Positions 11,616 to 23,695 of a DNA stretch of 23,695 bases are shown here, in pieces (the first letter of the stretch is position 1; each line of letters begins with the position of its first letter). The notes under the pieces were generated by a model, which was not told where the DNA came from, made no database searches, and saw only the letters and a list, made by a program, of their open reading frames with translations. This DNA is from Trichoplax sp. H2. Taxonomy: Eukaryota. The stretch lies in NCBI GenBank assembly GCA_003344405.1, contig NOWV01000190.1:124001-147695 (forward strand), read 5' to 3'. The position numbers and the translations under genes were made by a program.

Positions 11616-11690
11616 AACACATGCAAAAACATATATACACTCTAACACACATGCACACACGCACACACAGGCATACACACTCTCGCATAC
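11616..11690. repeat. Degenerate (CA)n microsatellite
   Basis: ACACACATGCACACACGCACACACAGGCATACACAC with similar flanking sequence. Confidence 0.75.
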
Positions 11691-12938
11691 TTCTACGCGA
11701 AGAGTTTACATAGCACCCTTGTACTCAAATAAATGCACACAGGTAGACAAAAGTAGATCCAAACACTAAGCCTTTTAATCTATATTTCGACCTCTAATAC
11801 TTTGATAAGGCTTAGGGGAAAAATTTGATGGACATTGCTCCACATAGAGTTGTATTCAAATATACGTATCTCTTGTATTACTCCGCGTACGTACAGAATA
11901 TTAAATATGCGTACAAGAAATACGTATAATCTATAATTCTATTTTTACCCAAGTGTAAACTTCTCAATATTTAGGAAAGACATTTGTATGGCAGATGAAG
12001 GTAAAGTCGTTCTGAGAAGACTTAAAATGTTAATCTAGGGATGACAAGAATTATTCTTGGTTAAATAGTTTCACATAAAATCTCATTTGCGATTCATGTA
12101 GATGGCACGATGAGAGCTTTCAAATGGATACATAATCAAGTAGAATTTCATCATATGTGTTAATATAAGTTGACCCCGTGGACATCTATTACCATCATTG
12201 TAGATGCTAAAATCCAAATTGGAGCACGAGTTCAGTTAAATAATTGTTAGCTATCCAAGACATCACGTTAATCAGAATTATATTCAGCTTGCCTTAAATG
12301 AATCCATTGAGTTCATTCTAGTTTAATCTTGGATATGACATAAGTGAGAAAATATGAAACCAGGCAATAATAGCACAGGAAACGGCCGTTGAGAATGATA
12401 AATCAATTGTTGTTTTCCAATAATGGTGACAAAGCTTGGTGTAACAATTAATCAATTGATGAATTTATCATAATTTAATAAAATCAATCTATTGATAGAA
12501 TCATGAATAAAATGAAATGCAAGGATTGGTCACCTTATGAATTCAAATAAAGTCAAACGTTTGATTTTGTTAACATTGAAATGCAATGGAAGAAAATGAA
12601 AATTTTTAGCCTCTAACATAGCCAATAGGCATTCAAGCACAATTTGTGACCAACTATAATCGATGAAATCAAGAAATTGAATCAGCGTCCACATCGGACT
12701 CGTATTTGAATTCATTCTTACAATATAAATTCCAGTTTAAATTTAGCTATGACTAACATTTCAATCCCTACTAAATTGAACAGTAAATTAGAACTTAAGA
12801 AAAAAGAATAGCTGTAATTTATTTTTAATCTATCATCATACACTCAATGGAATAACATGTTGAATTGCTTCGATAAACACTAAATTCATAGCCAATTACG
12901 GTAGATTTAAGTAATCTCATTTCCTTCGTCTTTGATTT

Positions 12939-12944
12939 TTTATT
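12939..12944 (-). promoter_or_regulatory. Candidate polyadenylation signal (AATAAA) for the GPCR
   Basis: TTTATT on the plus strand about 170 nt past the GPCR stop; another occurs at 12818-12823. The hexamer is common by chance in AT-rich DNA. Confidence 0.25.
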
Positions 12945-13110
12945 TCAACGGAAATACTATCTCCTACCGTAAAGTTTATCGTTACTTACTAACTGATGTC
13001 AATGCAGCTTAATTTAGAAAACATAGTATTACACAAGAAGAAGAATTTAACAACATTTTCTCTTAATAGCATGTATATACTGTCTAGCAAGACAGATTCG
13101 ATAGCAACGT

Positions 13111-14280
13111 TTATACCGATGTTATATGCTTAGAATTACTATTACTTTTTTTCATTTTAGGCGCATCTCCACGATGGTTATAATAGTTATTATTTGTAGT
13201 AGTAATACTATTTGTCACAGGATTATTGGGAGTAAGATCGCCATTTTTTGTCATAGTATTCGTTCTCCGCATTGAACTAACACTATCATTGCGAAATTTG
13301 AAACTTAACATGTCATGACGCCTATGTGAATGCTTACTTAAACGGCGCTCTAATTCAGTTATTACTAAATCATTTTTAATACCAAATAAATAAAAAAATC
13401 CGAAACGAAAAGATTTGCTGTAGGCAATGCATACTATCGGATTATGACATGAATTAAATAATGCAAACCATTTACACACTCCCAAAATAATACCCAATTC
13501 TGGTGCATTTAATGGCCGAAATATAAGTATTGTTATGATACTTGAATAAGGCAACCAACACAAAATACTTAATAGTAGCATGGTAACTAACATATTAACA
13601 ACATTTTGATTGGTTTTAAGTGACGCTTTACTGGAAACTTTACCATTTTTCTTATAATGCTTCATATGATAGTAAATAGCAGCATAGATTAATAATGTTA
13701 AGATAAAAGGGATGGCGTGTGTTAGAGTTTGTGACATGTAATAACCTCTCGCGAATGGACCTGAATCATTCCATTTAGGCCGACACTGATTCACTGCAAT
13801 TGCATCCTGTGAGAACATATCGACGTGCATCTTCATAAATAATGGTGCATTCGACGCAATTGCTAATAACCATACAATGAAAATGACAATAAATGCTCCT
13901 CTTTCATGCAATTGTTGTCTTAGTGGATGAACGATAGCCACATAGCGAGCAGCAGCCATGGCTAACATTTGAAATATAGATACTGTGAACAAGATTTTTT
14001 CAGCGGCAGGCATAATGAAACATAGAAATGCACCTAATGGCCAGCGCACAAAGATATAAGCACATAGACGATAAGGGATAACTAACAAGGCAATAAAGAA
14101 GTCTGCTATGGCTAAATTGCAGATAAAGATATTGGTCACATTTTTTAATCTTCCGGTTGTATTTTGCGTGACCACAATTAGTAACGTTAAATTACCTAAA
14201 ATAGCCAAGATCATGGTAGTCGCGTATAAACTGGTAAAGAGTATAATTTCCCATACTCTTGCACCTAACCAGATGTCCAT
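13111..14280 (-). CDS. Class A (rhodopsin-like) G protein-coupled receptor, neuropeptide-receptor-like (NPY/tachykinin/RFamide-type grade), intronless CDS, ~389 aa
   Basis: Long uninterrupted ORF in AT-rich DNA with seven hydrophobic segments and family motifs in order: TM1 ILGN, TM2 NLAIADF, ECL1 WPLGAFLC, TM3 MAAARY, TM4 VWLLA..P, ECL2 Cys (NQCRP), TM5 P..Y, TM6 CWLPY, TM7 NSCHNP, helix-8 SKSFR. The ORF track starts at TTG 14286. The first in-frame ATG is at 14280 and an in-frame TAG lies upstream at 14341-14343. Confidence 0.95.
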   Translation of the reverse strand: MDIWLGARVWEIILFTSLYATTMILAILGNLTLLIVVTQNTTGRLKNVTNIFICNLAIADFFIALLVIPYRLCAYIFVRWPLGAFLCFIMPAAEKILFTVSIFQMLAMAAARYVAIVHPLRQQLHERGAFIVIFIVWLLAIASNAPLFMKMHVDMFSQDAIAVNQCRPKWNDSGPFARGYYMSQTLTHAIPFILTLLIYAAIYYHMKHYKKNGKVSSKASLKTNQNVVNMLVTMLLLSILCWLPYSSIITILIFRPLNAPELGIILGVCKWFALFNSCHNPIVCIAYSKSFRFGFFYLFGIKNDLVITELERRLSKHSHRRHDMLSFKFRNDSVSSMRRTNTMTKNGDLTPNNPVTNSITTTNNNYYNHRGDAPKMKKSNSNSKHITSV

Positions 14281-17200
14281 TATCAAATCGAGTAGTATGT
14301 ATCTCTTAATGAGGATTAAACACTTTTTTAACGTTGAAAACTACTTGACTATATTAATTTTTTGGCAAGACTTATTAATGATTTAAGTAGCTTTTAACTT
14401 GTCATCAAAATGATAGTAACGCTTTTATAATATTGACATCCAAATCTTGGCAATAATTGATGGTGGTATAAGAATTTCTATTCCGATCGGATTAAGTTTA
14501 TAAATAGCTTTAAATTCAAATTGAAAACATCAACGCTAATTGATAGTAGTTAAATTTATATTTAGACTGAATCAACACATAAGCAATCTCATATTTCGGA
14601 TTTGGCGTATAGCTACTCAATACGGTACGTTGCTTTAGCGAAGATCGCTCTTGATAAAGCGTATGTTATTTACCTTTTCAGCGTTAGTATTTCTACTGGT
14701 TCGCTTTTAACCAACTCCGACCTAAAAGAAATCAATTGATTGATTCAAAAACGAAGGGATAAGATAAATTTATTAAAAAATGCTTTATTTTAGATTTGAA
14801 TGAAAATTTAAATCCAAGTAAAGCTCTGATCAAGCCTTAAATAATCAAGACACAGCAATTCAACTTACTTTATGACAAATTATCTATGTAATCTATACTT
14901 TTGATGAATCAAGTATAACTGAACAGGAAGATTGGATTTTATTCGTTGATTTTAGATAGAGTCTAACAAGGTTATGTCAGTTTGTCTGAAAGGGTTTTGT
15001 TTCAAATGATCTGTCTTAAGACGGTTGCACCTATTTCTATCGGAATGAAATAGGGCAATTTTACTTCAAAGTGGAGATGACGGATGTTTACCATCGCTTG
15101 GGTTATCTATTTACAAATAAAATAGGCATGATGTTGACGTTATAGTTGACTCAATACAACTTTGAAGCTATCAATAGCAATCAGGGGCTGTATATGTTAA
15201 TACAAGTAGAAGTGCGTCAACAAGCAGACGTGGAGAATAGGTATTGTTATAAATTGATTGTATAATTCGTTTACCACTTGAGTCAATTCTTAAACCTCTT
15301 TTGCGATAAGTTACAATTGATTTAAGTTGTTTATTTCAATATCCAATAGCATTGATAGCCATCAATAGGATTGGAACTAATCTATTGTCGTGATATAGTG
15401 CTGAGAAAAACGTTGATCGTCATCAATACCAATTTCTCTGTTTTATACTAAACATTGGGCTCATATCGATCAGGCATCAAATTGTAAATTTATGAATTCA
15501 TTTTAACTATACTTTTATTTCCTTCTCTTGCCCTTATTGACAAGGATGTATTATCTAGTATTTAAGACGTAATCAATTGTGACGCTATAATGCAAGTATG
15601 CTGTAACACTGACAAGTTCAAAGCAAGCAGATGTATTAAAATTATAAAAACAATAAGTTAAATGGTAGTTGATTGTCATTTGCGATTTAACTCCACTATA
15701 TTAAGCTAATGCACTCATAGTAGCTTGCACGCAAAATAGTAACTAGATTCACATTTCATTGACAATACGAAATAGATCACTTACTATTTAATTCTAAATG
15801 ATGTGTACAGTGCGGCATGTAAAGAATACATCCATTTTAATTCATAGAAAAACTCCTTACTACGCGCATATATAGTATTAGCTCTAAGTATTCTAGAAAG
15901 AGAAACAGATAAACTTGACTTCTTATATTTAGTTATGCTGACTATACGATATCGGCTACTTATCTGGGGGTATGATATTGGATAAGTTTATAATTTATAA
16001 CTAATCGCTTAATAACACCTAATGAAAGTAGCTATTACTTGCATAGGATGACATTTTTGACTTGCTCGATGGAAAACATTGCATACACTTTTATTAGTTT
16101 TGCTGATACATTAACAAAGCTAGCGTAGTTTAGATATACAAATCATAAAGTAATAAACTTTATCGTAAACTATCCTAAGTTTATAAGACCTAACCTAATA
16201 ATTTATAAATTGACTGATGTAAAACATTTATTAGCATTCATATAGATTAATGGCGGTCTATTCTGTCTAAAATTGCTTTTATTTCCGATGATATATTATC
16301 ATCATAAATCTTTCTAACATGATTACGTTTATTAATGTGTAGCGTCTTTAAATTATATTAACGGCAATAGTTCTAGTTAGAAGGAAAGCCTTTATTTCCC
16401 TAACTTAGCTTACTTCTATCGAACTGCTATCCCATTTTTTACATAATAATCTTTCTATAACATATAGTCTTGATGATATTTAAGTGCATCAATAGCAGAA
16501 AAAACTTAGAGGATGTGAGTATGCCTAAGACTACTCATGTTAAGATTTACTCAAGATAGTTCTATATACATTGCGTATTAATGAATAATTTCTTCGTTCA
16601 TATTATCCTATTCATCTATAATTTTGATGGTAAAATAATGAATTGCTTCATTAGTATCTTATTAAACGATTTCTATACTCAATTTGCTAACTGAATAAAA
16701 ACCTGAGGCGGATTCAAGGAAAACCTAAAAAGGAAGTAGATGTCTTCGGTCTAATGATTTTCAATTTGCAAAATTCTATCATTGAGATGATGTAATTAAT
16801 AGCTCACTATGACCCTAGTAGTTAGGGCAATACGAATCAATGCAATAATTCTTAGACAGATCGCTTTATGGACATTTATGCTGATATACAGTTCGTTAAT
16901 ATCGACCAGATTAATTCTGCAAAATATTATTATCTCACTTTTAGTCTGTAAAAGATTTTGTTTATGTTGAGTGTAGAAACTTAGGATGCACAGACTAATA
17001 ATTTTGAAATTTCGCCGAAGAAACTCTTTAAATATTATGATGTATAATGGCTATTAATTATTTTCGAATAAAACCATCAAAAATCAATAGTAAACATACC
17101 ATGCAAATATCCTAAAGTACTTAAAAGTGATATTAAATATTTCAATTTTTGATCGCAAGAAATCATGTTGACAAAAATCCTACTGAAAATTTCGATTTTT

Positions 17201-20200
17201 GACAGAAGGTAAATGATATATCTATTACTGGTCAGAAGTTACTTGTCAGTTTATCTTAAGTATATTTCGATTATAAGTTAGTTTACTGATCAATATCTAA
17301 TTTCAATTTCTGTTGATATTCATATAGTATGTGTGTTTACGAGTTAAAGCTAAAATAAGCTGATTCTTTGATATTTATGAAAAAATCAATTCATGCTAAT
17401 CATCATTACTCCGTAAAAAAGCTTTTACATTCCATAGGATTGGGTTCCTAGCAGAGCCTTACGCACATATTTAGGACAGTAAATATCCTGTAGGTAATGT
17501 AGGATGGTTGACTGATTTACGACCTTCGTGACAGGAAGGTTTGTAACAATGATTATTAAAATATTAAACAAAGATAGTAATAATACTCCGCGAATTAAGG
17601 TAATCGCATATCAAATCGAGGCATAATTTTTGTTAAAGTCTCTAAATTTTAGTACACAACTATTATTTCACATTTTAAAGGTATTTGTTGAAGACAATCT
17701 AATATATAAATACGTATAGAGAAAATAATAAGTCATTTCGGGATATTAATTAGTGCTTTTGTAGAATAATAGGAAAATTGACGAGCTTTGGGTTCAATTT
17801 GTAATGGAAGAAATTATAAGAAAGCCAAACAAACTGATGTAATTAAAATTCCATATGCCCGACAATGAATCCTTTGCGAGCATGATCAAAACGTTTCGTA
17901 CACCGCGGAAGAACCTTTCTTTCTTATTATTACTTTATTAACCATAGAATAGATACTATCAAATTCTGGCTAATATTTTTGTGTATAATACTAATACTAG
18001 TATTTTTGTATATAATACAATATTAAAATGACTTTAATACAATGTAAAACCAACGGGGATTCTAAATTAGATATAAAGAACTTCTAACATTTTCTTAAAA
18101 TTGAGTCAAACTGATACGAAAGAATTTGAATTTCAGATAAAAGAGAGATGCAAACATTTATGTATTCCTGAATCTTAGTTCATAGCCTATAGTAAATTTC
18201 ATAGATGATTAACGATAGATTACAACGTTAGTTTGGAATTATAACTCGTAAACGTGATTATTAGTACCTTCCAGCTAGTCAATGATAAATAAAAAAATTC
18301 TATATCGCCTATTTGTTAATAAAAGCAATAAAGCCATCAAAATATCACAAAAGTAAATATTGCTGTATGCTATGCTAATAATCACAGTGTTGATATCGGA
18401 AACAGAAGGCCTTATTATGTTTGTTCACTATCTGCGTTTAATTGATTACGATTACAAACACATAATTTAGCTTAGAATTAACACGCAACGTTCTACAAAA
18501 TTTAAAGTATTTTCCTTATTCACGAATAGTAATAGAAGATTTATAAGCACGCAAGTTATCGATAGCAAATTTCATCTAGACTTTCATTTCATGCATAAAC
18601 GAATTAATAGCGAAGAAATGAAGTACAGTCAAGGCGCTAAGTTTGAAAACAATTAATGCTGTACTTGATATTAGGACGGAAATCAAAAAATAGTTAAATA
18701 CTCTAGGATAGCCAACTTCGCACTACTGATTAAATAAGCTGAAAAGTAATAACTTTATGAAGAATATGGAAATATATTGTCTACAGTTGAAAGTGCAACA
18801 TGCCGATCAACGAAAGAAAAACAATGAAAATTGTTGACGCATTAATATGAAACCGTAATAATACACTAAATATTCTAGAAATTGAAAGTAAGGTTAATAG
18901 ATTTCAATGACGTCCAATAAAGGAACAGAAACGGTATGTATTTTTTTAGGAATTATGTACAAACAACGTGCAATAGTCAACTAGTCAATAACAATAATTA
19001 ATTAAATCCGTAGTTAGGGTGGGCCCAACTAGTAATCAGTCTGGAATTGAAATATTATTGTTCTATAACCTCAGCAAACATAATTAACTGTTCTTTATGT
19101 TGAAAATATAGCAAAATTTAGAAGAGGCAATAAAAAATTCATTCACTTTGGATACGGCAATAATTTCTATTGCGTATAGTAAACTAATATTAATTGAAGA
19201 CCGGAACCTTTAAATTTAATATATAGATAATAACCAGTGTTTGGAGTGCTTAGATTGGGATTACTGTCATTATTCATATAACATCTTGGTTGAGTTTAGT
19301 AAAATTAATTAATCGTATATGTGCCTTTAAATTCGTGAATGTAAAAAATGAATGTGTAAATAAGATTTGCATCTTCAAGAAGAGCCTGTGAAGTTTCATC
19401 TTTATGAATAGAATATTTCATTGAAGTATATTAGTTTTTTTAATATTCAAAAAGATTAGATTTGTACTAGCCACTTTTACGTAACTGAGTTATTAAGAGG
19501 AATCAGAGAAGAAACTAATATTTTATATATAAAAATGAACTGAGATGCAAGAACTTTTCGAATACGGTATGATCGAAGTCTCATCCTTACAAATGAAAAT
19601 TTATGTTACATTGCTAAAATATTTATCGACTTAAGCCAATTATATTGACTGCAATTCCTATTAATTTTTAAATTTAGCAATGATACAATCAATTCTTTAT
19701 AATATATGGTACGGCAGTTTCTATAGATTGATATGATTCAGCATATTACATGTTCAGCTTGACATGGATTTTTAAGTCGCTAAACAAAATACTGCACTAT
19801 GTTTAATGTTATTTTCAAGTCTCTAACGACTGAAACTGTCACCCAGTAACTACGGCTATAAATTCCTACTGAATTTAATCATGATTAAGCGTACCTCTTT
19901 CTTCCTTTTATATCATGCTCGAAAAAATATCGTATGGATTTATGGGATTAACTTATGCCTACTGCTATAATATGATCATTGTAACCAACTAAATTACAGC
20001 CATAGCGCTTTTTGTGTAACTATTTAGGGATAAAATAATCTTTACGTAATTATGCAAAGTGAAGATGTTTCATGATGTGGGTAAAAATTTGCATGATTAT
20101 TACATAATCTAAATTTCAAAGTTAATATCTAGTTTGACTTGTGAAACCAGTCTTGTGTGTCTGGGAAACGGCTCCTAAGAGAACATGGCCCCTAAATTTA

Positions 20201-23200
20201 TTTTCTTTATAACTTAAATGTAATCTTCGAGCTATTCCCATTTTCCACAATTCTCAAGCAAAATAAATAAATCATATCTTTCAATTACTCGAAAAAAACA
20301 CTCCCTGAAATAGTTTTCTGAGCTATGATGAAAATGCAGTAAAATCAGATTAGACCGATAGAATCACTTGGAAACTATCATGATTTCTTTCCACATTTTT
20401 GTCAATAGTAAAAAATCGAATTTGTTGACTAAAACTTTATTAGACTGACAAGCGGTCACATTATATATGCTTATGGCAAAGATTATCAAAGACTATACGG
20501 ATATATTGCAGTTTTTGATAAAGAAAACTAATCCCCAGAATAAAAAAATTTAAGAAGAAGTCGAAGCTTTCGCGATGTTACTGTCATTGTTTTTTCTTGA
20601 CACTTTTTCACAGATTTGAAAATTTAAATAAAAACTACAGCTTTTACAGTACTGTATCTATTCCTATAATCGACATATGAAAGTAATCTTTCTTCTATTG
20701 GCATTGTTATATTACGTAAAGCCGTAAATTTACGATAAATACTTTAATTAAAAAATTCTTAAGAACTGAGCTCTCAAGATAGGTATTAGCCTCTGTTTTT
20801 GATCTTGATGTCATGGAATTCCTATTACGGAAAGTGCTGGCATTTTCATAACGGATTTTGGGAGTATTATCAGAGAATTAAGCCCAATATCTCATCACTG
20901 CGAATAATGACTTCATGTATAATTTAGTGCAGCGGTATGATTATATTGGCTTTTATAATTATGAAAACCCCTTAGCCTCAATATTAATTTATTATCTTAT
21001 CAGTCGAACTATTGCACCAACCATAATTCAATTTCTACAGTTCATATACTATATGCCTGCTATTCCCATAAATTTCATAGTTTGTTCGGCAATTCCGTAA
21101 TGAAGGTTAAAAATACATTTAAATGGACAATTGGCGTACTGGTACTTATAATTAGCATAGTTATCTAACTGGCACCAGGCAATTTTACTTTTCGGTTAAG
21201 TGAACAAAAGAAACGAATCCTATTGCACTGTTTCAGAACTTTTCCCAATACCTAACTAATCATATAATGATATTACCAATACACTTAAATTTGAATTTTT
21301 TAATTTGAATTATTAAAATTATGGCATTTTACGAGTACATTATCTATAACAGTTTTGAATAAAGAATTCAAGTGAAGCAACTTGCTGTCTTTAAAGATTT
21401 AAATGAAGTAGTATACAGATTTGGAAGTTAATAGATAGTACCGTATTCATCCAGACATTTATCTAGCCCATTATGTGTTTATAAGAAAATTTGAGGTTCC
21501 ATATTGTAAATTTCTCCAAGTAAATTACTCGTAGTAAAGGTTACCGCATTAGCTTAATTACTTTTCCAGCTACTTAAAATTCCACCAATTTAACCTGGAC
21601 CATTTTTTTAGCTATCTAAATTTTACAATTTAATTGTTCTAGAGTCTAGTTCGAATGAAATTTGATTGTGTAAATGACTGCCACAATGCTATTGAAATAT
21701 AGAATCAGGTTAAATCAAAGGCTCAATAACAGACCATATCTAATTTGATTTTTATAGAAGCAAAAAGTTCGATATAAAAAATTCTGATATTATCGAAAAA
21801 TTTTTCAAATTCAGTATTCCGGTACTAATATTGTGATAAGTGTTCAGTTCTTGAAACATTTTATATAATTCGTTATTCATTCTATGGATGACTTTTACTG
21901 AATATATTTTATAAGACAGCATGAAATTACTTCGGATGAGAGTATGATTTACTGGAGTAACTGAAGATTGACATTTTTAAGCAGTTTCTATTAGAGTATA
22001 GAATCTAGAAAAATCTTCTTAAAAGTACATTCATTATTATTAAAAGTATTAGTACTGTAACGATAAAGAGAATTTGAGAATGTATTTAATATTTGGAATC
22101 ACGAAAATTAAAATAACTAAAAAAAATAATCTGTAGACTGTAAAAAATACTTTGTAGAAAGGACTGATTATAATTATCAATACCACTCTGATTAATTGGA
22201 TATGAAAGCAATTAGAACGGTCTTGAAAAATTCTCTGTAAATATTGGTAGTGATACATGATCATGCATCAATAAATATATAGGCTCGCGAGGATAAATAG
22301 AATTTTTTATAGACTATAGGCTCATCAAAAAAATACGATATATAAGTAATGACTAGAAAGGTCACAGTTTTTCCAGTAGCTGATGCAATATTAATTTCGT
22401 GTCCGTCAAGCTGCAAGAGACCAATCATACATGCATCATCATACTATTCTCTAGTTGGAATTTTTAGCGTTGCATTCTAGTTTACTGATCTATCTAAGAA
22501 TTTGTGGGTGAGATTATTTATTGTTATGATGAATAGGTTAACTTATTTCAATAACATCGTCTATAAGATATATATGATTTCTGAATTCTTGTCAATTAAA
22601 GTTAGGCCAACAAAGGAAAAATTTTCCATTGTTTTTACATAGCAGCGTTAATATCTTCCTTTATCAGGTGATCTTTATTTTAAGGAATTAATGACTAAAC
22701 CAGTCAGGCATAATACTTTTCTTCTCAATGTACGAATAAACTTTTAAAATAGAATAAAATTGATTCTTCCTTTTAACTGCGAATCTGGATTAATAGTAAT
22801 GTCTAGTTGTCATCATTTAAGTATTTTTAAAAGACATCAAGCTGTTGTCAAAAGAGCAACTTTTTTCAAATCAGAAAATAAATCAATTTATTTGTAACTG
22901 AGTAATGTAGTAGAAATTATAAATACATTTCCATTACTGATTTGGTGAAATTTAAGAATCTGCAAAGTATACTTTAATTTTCGAGTCGTAATATAATTTC
23001 AAAGATAGGATGTCCTCGCTTCTAGTAGTTGGTTGGAATTTGGATCAATTCTAATTCTGTACTGATTTGTATAAAATAATAGTATTGCTAATGAATTTGT
23101 ATATGTAAGGAAAATAGAGCAAATTGACGATATAATTCAATTTATTATCTGGTAACATTCTAGGTACTATACAAATGAAATTACTTATGATTCTACTATA

Positions 23201-23695
23201 ATGGTACTGATTTAGCAACATGACCCGTCAAGTCTATAGCATAGACGAAAAAATTTGATTTAACCAAGTCGTAACGTTTATTTAACCAGTTTTATGAATA
23301 CCAGGTGATGATGAAGCAGTTGTTGACAATTTAATAGTACTGTATGAATATTTAGTTTAGGATCATTGTCACAAAACAGCTTTGCAACAAGATAACGAAA
23401 TATACGATCAATAAGTCAATTCCTTGAACCACGTATCAAGGAACGATATCTGCACTATCACAGGCACTTTTGCTCTACTAGCAGACTACACAAAGACTTA
23501 AACGCCTCGTATTTTACATTAAACACTAAGTTTGAGAATTCTCTTTATTTCACGATATACTGCATTTATATACTATTCCTTAATAGTTCATGAGTCATAG
23601 TTAGTACGATTAACTTTGGAATCATTTACTGAATTAGATATTAATTTTAGCTACTGCTCCCTTAATGCAGACAACAGTATTTACGAACATAGATA

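Noticed and set aside
4155..12715. Scattered 61-80 aa ORFs (4155, 4873, 6374, 6427, 8197, 10055, 12530)
   Set aside because: Short, composition dominated by AT-rich codons (F, I, L, Y, N, K), no motifs; consistent with chance.
14108..14386. 92-aa plus-strand ORF
   Set aside because: Antisense shadow of the GPCR coding frame with no independent features.
20915..22264. Hydrophobic 61-aa and 71-aa ORFs as small membrane proteins or GPCR fragments
   Set aside because: Hydrophobicity is explained by T-rich codons and no GPCR motifs are present.

Overview
AT-rich eukaryotic (animal-like) genomic DNA with no prokaryotic gene architecture. Low GC plus an intronless neuropeptide-receptor-like GPCR is compatible with an invertebrate such as a placozoan, but the taxon cannot be fixed from this sequence. 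There is one well-supported gene: a single-exon class A (rhodopsin-family) 7TM GPCR on the minus strand (13111-14280) with non-canonical activation motifs (ARY for DRY, NPIVC for NPxxY) and a C-terminal PDZ-type tail. It sits in about 19 kb of apparently non-coding DNA. The left ~3.5 kb is compositionally distinct and looks like one end of a repetitive or mobile element. It contains a GC-richer segment with splice-like signals, a palindromic TACACTG simple repeat, about 17 copies of a 78-bp tandem repeat (modular variants, an internal inversion), a 13-bp stem-loop, and a TIR-like end (minus strand CAGGGGGTCCGGAAAG) flanked by TACTAGTA. No RNA genes or CRISPR arrays were seen. I cannot demonstrate a new biological system here; the repeat-array/terminus module and the atypical GPCR are the best leads.
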